From assembly GCA_964622705.1 (NCBI GenBank), contig CAZUSH010000005.1, forward strand, positions 11,389 to 75,388: a stretch of DNA of 64,000 bases, written 5' to 3'. The DNA comes from an uncultured Geobacter sp. Its GTDB lineage: Bacteria > Desulfobacterota > Desulfuromonadia > Geobacterales > Pseudopelobacteraceae. The notes under the pieces were generated by a model. It ran no database searches and was not told the DNA's origin. It worked only from the letters and a program-made list of their open reading frames with translations. This document shows, piece after piece, positions 9,082 through 19,002 of this stretch. Position 1 is the stretch's first letter, and every line of letters starts with the position of its first letter. The translations under genes were made by a program, and so were the position numbers.

Positions 9082-9555
9082 CTATTCTCTTTCTGCTACC
9101 AGCAGTTCCTGGAGCGGGTCTTTTTTCTGCAATGGGGTGATCAGAACCTTGATGGCCCCCTTGCCCCACAGGCCGATCTGCTGGGCTGCCTGACGGGACA
9201 GGTCGATCAGCTGGAACGAGCGTTTGCGACAACGGTCGTTGATTTCCACGGTGACCTTCTGGCCGTTGGCCGGGTTCAGCACCGTGGCCAGGGTTCCCAA
9301 CGGCAGATCAGCGTGGGCAGCCGTCAGCTTGTCCGGGTGGTACGGTTGGCCGGAGGTGGTGCGGCGACCAGCAAAACGGGAGGCGTAATAGGTGGCAACA
9401 CCGGCCTGAGGATCGGTAGTCTGCCCCCCCTGCAACAGCACCTCCAGCAACTGGTCGTCGCTCAACTCCTCCCGCTCAAGCGGGACGTTGGCATGGCTGT
9501 GCAGCGGCAGGCAGAGCAGCAGGCATAAAACCAAGGCAAACATCGCTTTTATCAT
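9082..9555 (-). CDS. rlpA: RlpA-family (DPBB) lytic transglycosylase-like protein
   Basis: GVATYY, TAAHADLPLGT, VEINDRC, IDLSRQAAQQIG. Confidence 0.88.
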   Translation of the reverse strand: MIKAMFALVLCLLLCLPLHSHANVPLEREELSDDQLLEVLLQGGQTTDPQAGVATYYASRFAGRRTTSGQPYHPDKLTAAHADLPLGTLATVLNPANGQKVTVEINDRCRKRSFQLIDLSRQAAQQIGLWGKGAIKVLITPLQKKDPLQELLVAERE

Positions 9556-10436
9556 TTCGTTAGATACTCCTTGATACCGTCTTGAAAGCGGATGGGCGTA
9601 AAGTCAAAGGTCTTTTGCCAGCAGCCGTCGCAAATATTTTCCTCCAGCAGCATCTGCAGCTGGTCAGTGGTGATCGGAAAGGCGCTGATCCCCTGTAACG
9701 CCTTGATGACCGGCCGCATGATTGTCAGCGGCAAGGCCGGTTTGAATGGTGGCCGTCTGCCCATGGCTGCTGCGATGGTATCCAGCAGTTCGCGGTAGCT
9801 TAAACGGTCCGGGCCGCACAGTTCATAGACCTTGCCGGCGGTCTCCGGTTGCTCCAGGGCATCGGCATAACAATGTGCCACATCGTCGCCATGGATCGGC
9901 TGCAGCCGATACTGGCCGTCGCCCATGGTCGGCATGACCGGTGTCAGGCGTAGATTGTCGGCCAGCATGTTCACAAAGGCATCCTTGGGGCCGAAGATCA
10001 GGGATGGCCGGAAGATGGTCCAGGCCAGCCCACTGCCCCGCACCAGCTCCTCTGCCCGCCACTTGGTGCGGTGATAGCCGGAGACCGCATCAAGTCTGGT
10101 TCCCAAGGCCGACATCTGCAGGTAGCGCAGCACCCCGGCCTGTTGGGTCGCCTGCACCATGGCAGCGGTGGCCTCGACATGCAGATGTTCAAAGGTGATG
10201 CCCCTGGCCGGAAATTCGCGGATGATTCCCACCAGATTGATAACGGCATCACAACCCTTGATGGCGGCGCCGTACGATGCTGCTGCGGTGACGTCTCCGC
10301 TGACGAACTGCAGGCCGGGTTCGGGTGCGCGCGAGCGGCTGTGGGTGAGCAGCACCAGTTCATGGCCGCGCTGCAACAACATTTTGGTCAGGTGCCCACC
10401 CACAAAACCGGTGGCACCGGCGATGAAGATTTTCAT
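9552..10436 (-). CDS. NDUFA9-like NAD(P)-binding epimerase/SDR
   Basis: IAGATGFVG, VINLVGII, YHRTKWRAE, FRPSLIFG, LQPIH. Confidence 0.9.
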   Translation of the reverse strand: MKIFIAGATGFVGGHLTKMLLQRGHELVLLTHSRSRAPEPGLQFVSGDVTAAASYGAAIKGCDAVINLVGIIREFPARGITFEHLHVEATAAMVQATQQAGVLRYLQMSALGTRLDAVSGYHRTKWRAEELVRGSGLAWTIFRPSLIFGPKDAFVNMLADNLRLTPVMPTMGDGQYRLQPIHGDDVAHCYADALEQPETAGKVYELCGPDRLSYRELLDTIAAAMGRRPPFKPALPLTIMRPVIKALQGISAFPITTDQLQMLLEENICDGCWQKTFDFTPIRFQDGIKEYLTK

Positions 10437-10461
10437 GCTCAGGACCCTCCTTTGAGAGGCG

Positions 10462-10947
10462 CTAGCGTGTCATGCGCACGGTCAGCCAGGCCACGGCGGC
10501 ATAGCGGGCCAATTTGCCGCTGCCGGCCAGCAGGATAAACGGTGTCAGCCTGATCTTGAGCAGGCCGCCCACCAGACACAAGGGGTCTCCCACCACCGGC
10601 AGCCAGGAGAGCAGCAGAGAGAGGCTGCCGTAACGCTGATACCAGGTCTCGGCGCGCAGACGTTGCTGCTCGCTGATTCTGAACAGACGGGTCAGCAGCC
10701 AGCCGCTGCCATACCTGCCCACCAACCAGGTGGTGCAGGCTCCCAGGGTATTGCCGCTGGTTGCGGCCATGACGCTGCTTGCAGGGTCATATCCCTTGAA
10801 CAGCATCAGTACCAACAGCCATTCCGACCCCAGCGGCAAGAGGGTTGCCGCCAGAAAGCTCAGCAGGAACAGGGCCGGGTAGCCGGGCTGCTGCAGCCAG
10901 GGGGCGTGTGTGACCAGATATGTCAGAAAGCCGTTGTCAAACTGCAC
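10462..10947 (-). CDS. YqaA/DedA (VTT) family membrane protein
   Basis: LFLLSFLAATLLPLGSE, GNTLG, LLSWLPVVGDPL. Confidence 0.9.
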   Translation of the reverse strand: MQFDNGFLTYLVTHAPWLQQPGYPALFLLSFLAATLLPLGSEWLLVLMLFKGYDPASSVMAATSGNTLGACTTWLVGRYGSGWLLTRLFRISEQQRLRAETWYQRYGSLSLLLSWLPVVGDPLCLVGGLLKIRLTPFILLAGSGKLARYAAVAWLTVRMTR

Positions 10948-11030
10948 CGCATCACGTACCCTTTTGCCGAATATTCAGCAGTATACCCGAAGTTTGGCAG
11001 CAACAACAGCTTTTCAAACAGGGGGGGTAA

Positions 11031-12044
11031 ATGGCCAGCAGCAAGATAGGAAAACCGGCCGGACAGTACACCCAGGCAGCCCGTCTGCACACGGTGATCC
11101 GTCTGGTCGAGACCCGCGGGGGGATTACCCTGGACGAACTGGTGGAAGAGACCGGCGTGGACCGGCGCACGATCCACCGTGACCTGGCCGCCATCCAGCA
11201 GGCCGGATATCCCTTGACCGATCAACGGGTGGGGGGGCGCAAGGTCTATCGTTTTCTGACCTCTTCCCGTCAGGTGCCGCCGATCACCTTTACCCTGGAT
11301 GAGCTGGTGTCGTTGCACCTGCTCAAGGCTTGTGCCGGTCTGTTGCCGCCGGAGCCGTTCGGAGCCGAGATCGACGCCATCTTCGCCAAGATCCATGCCG
11401 CCCTGCCGCCACGTTCCGTTGCCCATCTGGAGCGGATCACCAGGGTCTCGCTGCCCCGCTTCCAAGGGGTTCGGACCTATACCGGTTCCTCCGAGCTGCT
11501 GTCGGAGTTGCGCCGCGCCTTGTTATACCAGTACCGCGTCAAGCTGTCCTATAACCGCAGCGGCAAGGAGACAGCCCAGTATGAGATCGATCCCTATACC
11601 CTGGTGCTGGCCAAGGGAGGGCTCTATCTGCTGGCCCATGCCCACAATCGCGGCGCCATGCGGCTCTTTGCGGTTGAGCGGATCGCCGGCCTGACGGTTA
11701 CGCGGCAACGGTTTGAGATCCCGGATGGGTTTGTGCCGGAAGAAAGCTTCGGGGATGCCTTCGGGCTGGTGACCGACCAGCCGATGCAGATCAAGGTCAG
11801 GTTTGATGCAGAACTGGCTCACATGGTGCGAGACCGGGTCTGGCGCCAGGGGCAACGAATGGTGACCGGTGCGGATGGCTCGGTGCTGCTCTCCTTTGAG
11901 GCCTCCGGTTCGTTGGAGATCCTCTCCTGGATACTTTCCTACGGCAGGCATGCCGAACTGCTCGAACCGCCCGAGCTGCGCAAGGAGTTGAAACGCCATA
12001 TCAAAGGGCTGCGAGAGCTTTATCGCAAGAAAGGTAAAGAGTAG
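11031..12044 (+). CDS. HTH-WYL-WCX transcriptional regulator (YafY/PafBC-like)
   Basis: N-terminal HTH (VDRRTIHRDL), WYL (IDPYTLV...LYLLA...RLFAVERI), C-terminal WILSYGRHAELLEP. Confidence 0.92.
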   Translation: MASSKIGKPAGQYTQAARLHTVIRLVETRGGITLDELVEETGVDRRTIHRDLAAIQQAGYPLTDQRVGGRKVYRFLTSSRQVPPITFTLDELVSLHLLKACAGLLPPEPFGAEIDAIFAKIHAALPPRSVAHLERITRVSLPRFQGVRTYTGSSELLSELRRALLYQYRVKLSYNRSGKETAQYEIDPYTLVLAKGGLYLLAHAHNRGAMRLFAVERIAGLTVTRQRFEIPDGFVPEESFGDAFGLVTDQPMQIKVRFDAELAHMVRDRVWRQGQRMVTGADGSVLLSFEASGSLEILSWILSYGRHAELLEPPELRKELKRHIKGLRELYRKKGKE

Positions 12045-12063
12045 GTCATGCGGGTACTTGTGC

Positions 12064-12092
12064 TTGACCGTCGTATTGGGACTCTGCATAAT
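12064..12092 (+). promoter_or_regulatory. Putative sigma70 promoter (near-leaderless) for methyltransferase-HAD pair
   Basis: TTGACC-17 nt-CATAAT, 8 nt upstream of ATG 12101; no SD. Confidence 0.55.
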
Positions 12093-12100
12093 CGCGAACC

Positions 12101-13237
12101 ATGAATGATACAAACCTGCATACGCTTCTTGTTGATCGGGTCCGGGCTGTCGGCCGGATCACCTTTGCCGAGTATATGGCTGCCTGCCTGTATGAGCCGG
12201 GGCTGGGGTACTACACCTCGCCCGGCCGCAAGGTGGGGACTGCCGGTGATTTTTACACCAGCATCACGGTGCATGCCTGCTTTGGGCGGGTGATCGCCCG
12301 TGAGATTGCGGCCATGTGGCGTTCGATGGACTGTCCGGCCGTGTTTACCCTGGTGGAGGCCGGAGCCGGGCATGGCCGGCTGGCCTGCGATATCATGGAC
12401 TTTCTGGCGGAGCGCCAGCCGGACTGTTATGGCGCGGTCGCGCTGGTACTGGTGGAACAGGAGCCGAGTCTGGCCGAGGCCCAGGCGACCCTGTTGGCGG
12501 CGCACCGCGACAAGCTGTCCTGGCTGACTCCGGCAGAACTTCCCGGCTTCAGCTTCAGCGGGGTGCTCTATTCCAACGAGCTGCTGGACGCCATGCCGGT
12601 ACACCGGGTGCTGATGACTCCGGAGGGGCTGAAGGAAATCTATGTGACCCTAGATGGCGATCAGTTCCAGGATCTGGCAGATGCACCCTCGACGCCGGCC
12701 CTGGAAGAATACCTGCGGCACTACGGCATTCCGCTGCATCCGGGCCAGGAAACGGAGGTCTCCCTGGCGGGACTGCAGTGGTTTGAACAGGCCAGCGCTG
12801 CCCTGCAGCAGGGTTTTATCCTGACCATCGACTATGGCTGGCCCAAGGCCGAACTGTACGCCCCCCACCGCAAACTGGGTACCCTGCTCTGCTACTACCA
12901 GCACACGGTGGAGGATAATCCGTATCAACGGGTGGGCGAGCAGGACATCACCAGCCATATCAACTTCAGCGCCCTGATGGAGCGGGGTGAGGAGCTGGGG
13001 TTGCAGACGGTCTGGTTCGGTGAACAGTCCCGCTTCCTGTTGTCCGCCGGGATCGTGGAGGAGTTGGAGGCGAGCGAGGCCTCGGACTTGCAGGAAAAGG
13101 ACAAGCTGCGCCTGCGTCTGACCATCAAGCGCCTGATCATGCCGGAAGGGGGCATGGGGGACACCTTCCGGGTGCTGGTGCAGGCCAAGGGGGTGGCTGA
13201 ACCCCGGCTGGGGTGTCAACGGGGCATCACCCTGTGA
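12101..13237 (+). CDS. SAM-dependent methyltransferase, MidA/NDUFAF7 family
   Basis: TFAEYMAACLY..GLGYY, GDFYTS, VEAGAGHG, SNELLDAMP, IDYG, QDITSHINF. Confidence 0.92.
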   Translation: MNDTNLHTLLVDRVRAVGRITFAEYMAACLYEPGLGYYTSPGRKVGTAGDFYTSITVHACFGRVIAREIAAMWRSMDCPAVFTLVEAGAGHGRLACDIMDFLAERQPDCYGAVALVLVEQEPSLAEAQATLLAAHRDKLSWLTPAELPGFSFSGVLYSNELLDAMPVHRVLMTPEGLKEIYVTLDGDQFQDLADAPSTPALEEYLRHYGIPLHPGQETEVSLAGLQWFEQASAALQQGFILTIDYGWPKAELYAPHRKLGTLLCYYQHTVEDNPYQRVGEQDITSHINFSALMERGEELGLQTVWFGEQSRFLLSAGIVEELEASEASDLQEKDKLRLRLTIKRLIMPEGGMGDTFRVLVQAKGVAEPRLGCQRGITL

Positions 13238-13866
13238 AACCTGCGGTGGTCAAGGCGATCGTCTTTGATCTGGACGGTACCCTGTATGTGTCCGAGCCGT
13301 TTGAACAGGCCATCTGGGCCTCGGTTTCCCGCTATGCCGGCGAACTGCTGGGAACAACACCCCAAGCGGCCGGGCAGCAGTTGCAGCAGCTCCGCGAGCG
13401 GTTGTCAACCGAGCGGGGCACCCAGCAGACCCTGGCCGTGGCGATCGAGGCGCTGGGGGGCACGGTGCCGGAGATGCACCGCCGCTTTGCCCTGGAGCTG
13501 GAGCCGCAGCAGTTTCTTCAGCCCGACCAGCGTGTCAGGCAGTTGCTGGACCGTTTGAAGGGGCGCTACTGCTCCTGGCTCTTGACCAACAACAACCGGA
13601 TACTGACCGACAAGATCCTGGCCCAGCTCGGGCTTGGGGACTGCTTCCAGCGGATCGTCACCATTAACGACACCTGGCGTCCCAAACCGGATCCGACGGT
13701 GCTGGAACAGATCCTGAGAGAACTGGCAGTGCCGCCTGAGGCGGTGCTATTTGTGGGAGACCGCTTTGATATCGATCTGCGGCTGCCGGCTCAGCGGGGC
13801 TGTCCGGTCCTTTTGACCAAGACCGTTGCGGAGTTGCTGCAGCTGGAATCGCTTTTAACTGGCTGA
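13234..13866 (+). CDS. HAD-superfamily hydrolase
   Basis: FDLDGTLY, LTN, KPDP, VGDRFDID; GTG overlaps upstream TGA. Confidence 0.9.
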   Translation: MKPAVVKAIVFDLDGTLYVSEPFEQAIWASVSRYAGELLGTTPQAAGQQLQQLRERLSTERGTQQTLAVAIEALGGTVPEMHRRFALELEPQQFLQPDQRVRQLLDRLKGRYCSWLLTNNNRILTDKILAQLGLGDCFQRIVTINDTWRPKPDPTVLEQILRELAVPPEAVLFVGDRFDIDLRLPAQRGCPVLLTKTVAELLQLESLLTG

Positions 13867-14029
13867 TATGGCTAAAAGTATTTTTGATAACTGCAGTTTT
13901 GAATCCCCGGATTAAACGTCTCACATTATTTTAGAACAATGTTAGTAGATCTACTTGCCTTTTTCAGCAGCTTTGCTCTAAGATGCCCTCATTTTCGTGC
14001 CGCTTCCCGGCGCTTATGGAGGTAACCCC

Positions 14030-16126
14030 ATGAAAGTCCGTCTGACCGCCAAAGTCCTGATCGCCATTGCCGTCACGCTGTCCGTTGGCTTTGCCTGTCT
14101 CGGTGGATTAAGCCTGTACCTCTCCTATAGCTCGATGCTTGACCTGCAACGTGCTGCTGCACGCCAGTCTGCCGCCAGTATTGTGCATGACCTGATTGAA
14201 CTGAAGATGAAGGGTGATTTTCAGGCCTTTAACAGCTATGTTGATCAGGCTGTTAAGAACGGTCAGGCCCTCAAGATCCAACTGTTTCACCCTGATGGCA
14301 AACAGTATGAGGGCTCCGAAACCAGCGAGCTGGTGAAGCAGGCGGTTGAGGCCGGGGTACAAAAGGAACAAAACATCAGCATCGACGGCAAGTCGGCCCT
14401 GGTGCTGGCAACACCGTTGCAGCATGAAGAACGCTGCAATGCCTGCCATAGCAGCAGTGTCGGCAAGTTTCTGGGCGGCCTGCAGCTGACCACCTCGGTG
14501 GAAGACGGGGTTGCCAAGGCCAAGAAACTGGCCCTGGTACTGACCGGCGTAGGTGTCTTTTTCTTCTTTGTAATCATCGGGGTGCTGTATCTGTTGATTT
14601 CACGCCTGGTGGTGCGGCCGATTCGTGAGCTGTCGGTACAGGTGGAGGATATTGCCAAGGGAGAGGGTGACCTGACCCGGGTCTTGCCGGTCCGTTCAGA
14701 CGATGAGATCGGCCATCTGGCTGCCGAGGTCAACCATCTGACCCAGACAGTCCGCCAAATCATTGCCTCGCTTTACCAGCAGGCCTGCGTGCTGGGGGGC
14801 AACACCTGTGAGCTTTCCAATGCAACCGAGCGGATTGCCAAAGAGGTGCAGGAGCAGATGGAAAGCGCCGACACGGTGGCCACGGCAGCCGAGGAGATGA
14901 GCAGTACCATCCAGAATGTGGCGGAAAACACCACCCAGTCCGTCTCCCTGGCAGCAACCGTTGACAACGCCGCCAGCACCGGTCTGGAGGTGGTGCAGGA
15001 GACCTGGCACTGCATGACCAGCGTGACGGAAAGCGTTGAATCGACCCTGGCGGGGATTGCCGAGCTGGAGCGTTCGTCTGCCAGCATCGGTGACATGCTG
15101 TCACTGATCGAGGATATTGCCGACCAGACCAACCTGCTGGCCCTGAATGCTGCCATTGAGGCGGCCCGGGCCGGTGAGGCCGGCCGCGGGTTTGCCGTGG
15201 TTGCCGATGAAGTGCGCTCTTTGGCTGAGAAGACCACCAAGTCCACCAAGGAGATTGAGCGGGTGGTGGGCAATATTCAGCAGGAGAGCGAGCAGGCTGC
15301 CGCCAATATCCGCAAGGAGAGCGCCCTGGTGCAGACCGCCCTGAAGCGTGCCGAAGAGGCCCGCAGGCACCTTGAGGAGATCAAGAACTGTGCCTCCAGC
15401 TCCCGCATGATGAGCGAGTTGATCGCCGCGGCCACGTCTGAACAGACCACGGTGACGGCTGAGATCTCGGGCAAGATCCATCATATCTCCGATGCCGCCC
15501 ACGGCACCAACCATATGATGAAGCTGAATCTGGAGACCTTCAGCCGCTTTGCCGAGACCGTGGAAGAGATTTACGGCACGGTGGGGCGCTTCTCGGTGGG
15601 CAACTACCATGATCAGGTCAAGGCGTACGCCCGTGAACTGCATGACGGTGTCCAAGCCGCCATTGCCGAAGCGCTGAAGAACGGAACACTCTCCGAGGCC
15701 GACCTGTTTGACCGCAACTACCAGCCCTATCCGAAAAAGACCGATCCGCCCAAATACACAACCCGCTTTGACGGCTTCTTTGACCGCGTAGTCTCACCGC
15801 TGCAGGAGTCAATCGTCAACCGTGACAGCCAACTGGCCTATGCCATCTGCTTTGATGACAACGCCTACGTGCCCTGCCATAACCTGCGTTTCAGTAAACC
15901 ATTAACCGGCGACCTGGAGCAGGATAAGGTCAATAACCGCACGAAACGCAAGTTTACCGATCATACCGGTATGCGTGGGGCAAAAAATACCGACGGCGTG
16001 CTTTTGCAGACCTATCGCCGCGATACCGGTGAGATCCTGAACGACCTTTCGGTGCCGATCTTCATAAACGGCAGGCACTGGGGTGGCATCCGCTTCGGCT
16101 ATAAGGCGCCTTGCAGCCTCAAGTAG
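14030..16126 (+). CDS. Methyl-accepting chemotaxis protein with periplasmic c-type heme motif and extra C-terminal domain
   Basis: Two TMs, periplasmic [43 protein letters not shown], ~170-aa tail; ATG 14030 after GGAGG. Confidence 0.93.
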   Translation: MKVRLTAKVLIAIAVTLSVGFACLGGLSLYLSYSSMLDLQRAAARQSAASIVHDLIELKMKGDFQAFNSYVDQAVKNGQALKIQLFHPDGKQYEGSETSELVKQAVEAGVQKEQNISIDGKSALVLATPLQHEERCNACHSSSVGKFLGGLQLTTSVEDGVAKAKKLALVLTGVGVFFFFVIIGVLYLLISRLVVRPIRELSVQVEDIAKGEGDLTRVLPVRSDDEIGHLAAEVNHLTQTVRQIIASLYQQACVLGGNTCELSNATERIAKEVQEQMESADTVATAAEEMSSTIQNVAENTTQSVSLAATVDNAASTGLEVVQETWHCMTSVTESVESTLAGIAELERSSASIGDMLSLIEDIADQTNLLALNAAIEAARAGEAGRGFAVVADEVRSLAEKTTKSTKEIERVVGNIQQESEQAAANIRKESALVQTALKRAEEARRHLEEIKNCASSSRMMSELIAAATSEQTTVTAEISGKIHHISDAAHGTNHMMKLNLETFSRFAETVEEIYGTVGRFSVGNYHDQVKAYARELHDGVQAAIAEALKNGTLSEADLFDRNYQPYPKKTDPPKYTTRFDGFFDRVVSPLQESIVNRDSQLAYAICFDDNAYVPCHNLRFSKPLTGDLEQDKVNNRTKRKFTDHTGMRGAKNTDGVLLQTYRRDTGEILNDLSVPIFINGRHWGGIRFGYKAPCSLK

Positions 16127-16167
16127 CCTGTCCTTTGCCGTGAACAAAAGAATAAGGAGAACTGTCT

Positions 16168-16575
16168 ATGCCTCTGTTGCTCTGGGGACCGATGCTGGAA
16201 GTGGGAGTCAAGGAGATCGACACCCAACACAAGAAACTGGTTGAATTAGCAAATGAGCTGTCCGATGCGGTTGTGGCGGGCAAGGGCAAGGATGTGCTGG
16301 GCAAGACCCTCGCTGCCCTGGTGAGCTATACGGTCACGCATTTCGGTACTGAAGAGCGCCTGATGGATCAGCACAAGTATCCGGCAGTGGCGGATCACAA
16401 GCAGCAGCACAAGGATCTGGTCAAGACTGTTTCCGATTTCAAGGCCAAGTTCGACAAGGGCGATGCCAATCTCTCCAGCGAGATCATGAACTTTTTGCGG
16501 GACTGGCTGACCAAGCATATCATGAATACCGATAAGGCCCTGGCCCGGGATCTGAAACAAAAAGGGGTACAGTAA
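16168..16575 (+). CDS. Bacteriohemerythrin
   Basis: IDTQH, HFGTEE, HKQQH, WLTKHIMNTD di-iron ligands. Confidence 0.93.
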   Translation: MPLLLWGPMLEVGVKEIDTQHKKLVELANELSDAVVAGKGKDVLGKTLAALVSYTVTHFGTEERLMDQHKYPAVADHKQQHKDLVKTVSDFKAKFDKGDANLSSEIMNFLRDWLTKHIMNTDKALARDLKQKGVQ

Positions 16576-16589
16576 GCCCGCACACTGCT

Positions 16590-16617
16590 CGTTGCTGCCG
16601 GAAAACCGGCAGCAACG
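16590..16617. terminator. Perfect 12-bp hairpin after hemerythrin (possible terminator or stabiliser)
   Basis: CGTTGCTGCCGG-AAAA-CCGGCAGCAACG; no adjacent U-tract. Confidence 0.45.
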
Positions 16618-16754
16618 GCTACCTATCCACTGTCTGTTTTTCTTGCATTTCAATGTAGTTGGTCTAAACTTGCCCCACAGACATGTTCGCGCATGTCAGC
16701 CGCATTTTCCCAATCGTAGCAGCACAAACAAGGCAAAATCTGGAGGTGGCACCT

Positions 16755-17150
16755 ATGGGTGACAGTGTCAGCCAGGCAGGGATCGGGCATGTTGACACAT
16801 GTCCTGGGGAACCGCTTGACCGTGAATATCTTCACAAAAACTACCTGTCACTGGGCTGTGGCGATGTGCTGCTGGATGTGTTCCGGATTTACCTGGAAAG
16901 CGCACCGCTCAAACTGGAGCAGATCCGGACGCTGCTCGACGAAGCCCGGCTTGATGGGCTGGTGGGGGTTGCCCATGGTTTGAAAGGGGAGTCTGGCTCG
17001 GTGGGAGGGCGGTATGTCCTGGCAGCGGCCGCAGCACTGGAAAAAGCAGCCCGCGCCGGAGACCTGGAAGAAGCCCTGCGCCTGCTGCCCGAGCTTGAAC
17101 AGCAGTTCCAGCGGCTTATCGCAACCATTGAGCAGGAGCTTGCTGCGTGA
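16755..17150 (+). CDS. Stand-alone Hpt phosphotransfer protein
   Basis: VAHGLKGESGSVG Hpt motif; ATG 16755 after GGAGG. Confidence 0.88.
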   Translation: MGDSVSQAGIGHVDTCPGEPLDREYLHKNYLSLGCGDVLLDVFRIYLESAPLKLEQIRTLLDEARLDGLVGVAHGLKGESGSVGGRYVLAAAAALEKAARAGDLEEALRLLPELEQQFQRLIATIEQELAA

Positions 17151-18640
17151 AAAAACTGAAGATTCTGTTTGCTGCGTCTGAGGCGGCGCCCTTTGCCAAA
17201 ACCGGAGGTCTTGGTGAGGTGGTTGGTGACCTGCCGCGCTACCTGCATGCCTTGGGGCATGATGTGCGGGTAGTCATGCCGCGCTACTACAGTATTGACC
17301 CAGAGCGATACGGCCTGAAATTGATGGCAGGCAGTCTGGTGGTGCCGATGGGGATCATCGGCGAGATGTACTGCGGTGTGCAGGAAGGGCGGCTGCCCAA
17401 AAGTGAAGTGCCGGTTTACTTCCTTGAACATGAAGGGTTGTATGGCCGGGACGGCATCTATGGCGTGGATAATGTCGGCTTCATGGATAATGACAACCGC
17501 TATATCTTTCTTTCCCGTGCTGCCCTGGAACTGCCCAAGATGCTGGGCTGGCAACCTGATATCCTGCATGCCCATGACTGGCATACGGCCGCTGTGCCGA
17601 TCCTGCTCAATACCACATACCGCACTGACCCGTTGGTAGGCGATGCGGCTTCAATCCTGACCATTCACAACATGCAGTACCAGGGCACGTTTTACCCCGG
17701 TCTGATGGAGGTGCTGGATATCGGCTGGGAGCACTTTACCTTTTTAGGTCTGGAAAAAGACGATCAGGTCAACCTGCTCAAGGGGGGGATTTACCACGCC
17801 ACCCTGTTGAATACGGTGAGTGCAGGGTATGCCCGTGAAATCCAGACGCCGGCTTATGGCTGGGGGCTGGAAGGGGTGGTTAGTGAACGCCGCAATGACC
17901 TGTACGGTATCCTGAACGGGGTGGATTACGGGGAGTGGAATCCGGTAACAGATCGCTATATTCCAGCACCGTACACAGCTGCTGACCTGTCGGGAAAGGC
18001 TGCCTGCAAGTTGGCGCTGCAGCGTTATTTCAAACTGCCCGAACGGGATGATGTACCGTTGTTTGGTGTCGTCTCAAGGATGGTGCCGCAAAAAGGCACC
18101 GACCTTTTGGCTGAGGCGATCCATGCCATGCTGGGCCTGGATATTCAGATCGTGATTGTGGGTAATGGCGAGCCATGGGCCCATTTCTTCTTTGGCGGCA
18201 TGGCCCACCGCCACCCCGACCGGATTGGCTGTTATATCGGCTACAATAATGAGCTGGCCCACCTGGTTGAGGCCGGTTCTGATTTTTTCCTGATGCCGTC
18301 GGCCTTTGAACCGTGCGGCCTGAACCAGATGTATTCCCTGGCCTATGGCACGCCGCCGATCGTACGGGCAACCGGCGGCCTGGACGACAGTGTGGAAAAC
18401 TTCAATGAAGCCGAACTGAGCGGTGATGGCTTCAAGTTCTGGAGTCACACCGCAGGGGCACTGTTTGATACCGTGGGCTGGGCCACCTGGACCTTTTTTC
18501 ATAATCCGCAAGGACTGGCAGCATTACGCAGAAACGGCATGGCAAAGCGCTTTACCTGGGATGAGGCCGCCCGTAAGTACGAAGCGCTCTATCTGCAGGC
18601 GTTGCAGCGAAAACGTGGTCACGAGACAGAAACAAGCTGA
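17147..18640 (+). CDS. glgA: Glycogen synthase
   Basis: KTGGLGEV, HAHDWH, TIHN, NGVDY, PSAFEPCGLNQ. Confidence 0.95.
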   Translation: MKKLKILFAASEAAPFAKTGGLGEVVGDLPRYLHALGHDVRVVMPRYYSIDPERYGLKLMAGSLVVPMGIIGEMYCGVQEGRLPKSEVPVYFLEHEGLYGRDGIYGVDNVGFMDNDNRYIFLSRAALELPKMLGWQPDILHAHDWHTAAVPILLNTTYRTDPLVGDAASILTIHNMQYQGTFYPGLMEVLDIGWEHFTFLGLEKDDQVNLLKGGIYHATLLNTVSAGYAREIQTPAYGWGLEGVVSERRNDLYGILNGVDYGEWNPVTDRYIPAPYTAADLSGKAACKLALQRYFKLPERDDVPLFGVVSRMVPQKGTDLLAEAIHAMLGLDIQIVIVGNGEPWAHFFFGGMAHRHPDRIGCYIGYNNELAHLVEAGSDFFLMPSAFEPCGLNQMYSLAYGTPPIVRATGGLDDSVENFNEAELSGDGFKFWSHTAGALFDTVGWATWTFFHNPQGLAALRRNGMAKRFTWDEAARKYEALYLQALQRKRGHETETS

Positions 18641-18664
18641 AACCGTTCATATCGGGAGGTCTGT

Positions 18665-18991
18665 ATGGGCACGAAAGCTCACACCGTCGCGCTGTTGTCC
18701 CTCGTTGTTGTCCTGGTCTGGGTGGCTGGGGTGTCTGCCGATGCGGTCGGCTCACTGGGGATACAGCTGTTCAACAGCACAAAGCTGGGTACCAACGGCA
18801 AGAGCTGCCAGAGCTGCCATCCGGACGGCAAGGGGCTTGAAGAGGCTGCCTCAGCCGATGAAAAGGAACTGGCCGGGACGGTCAATCAGTGTATTGTCAA
18901 GACCCTGCACGGCACGCCCTTGGCCGCTGGCTCGCCGGAACTGCAGGCCCTGGTCAAACACCTGAAGGCGCACGCTGCCGTGCAGAAGTAG
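18665..18991 (+). CDS. Small exported monoheme cytochrome c
   Basis: Signal peptide; single CQSCH motif. Confidence 0.8.
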   Translation: MGTKAHTVALLSLVVVLVWVAGVSADAVGSLGIQLFNSTKLGTNGKSCQSCHPDGKGLEEAASADEKELAGTVNQCIVKTLHGTPLAAGSPELQALVKHLKAHAAVQK

Positions 18992-19002
18992 CAAGCCTGC
19001 AG

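Noticed and set aside
13867-14029. GEMM-I (c-di-GMP/cGAMP) riboswitch upstream of the MCP
   Set aside because: No GEMM consensus found; only short palindromes (AGTAGATCTACT) in AT-rich DNA
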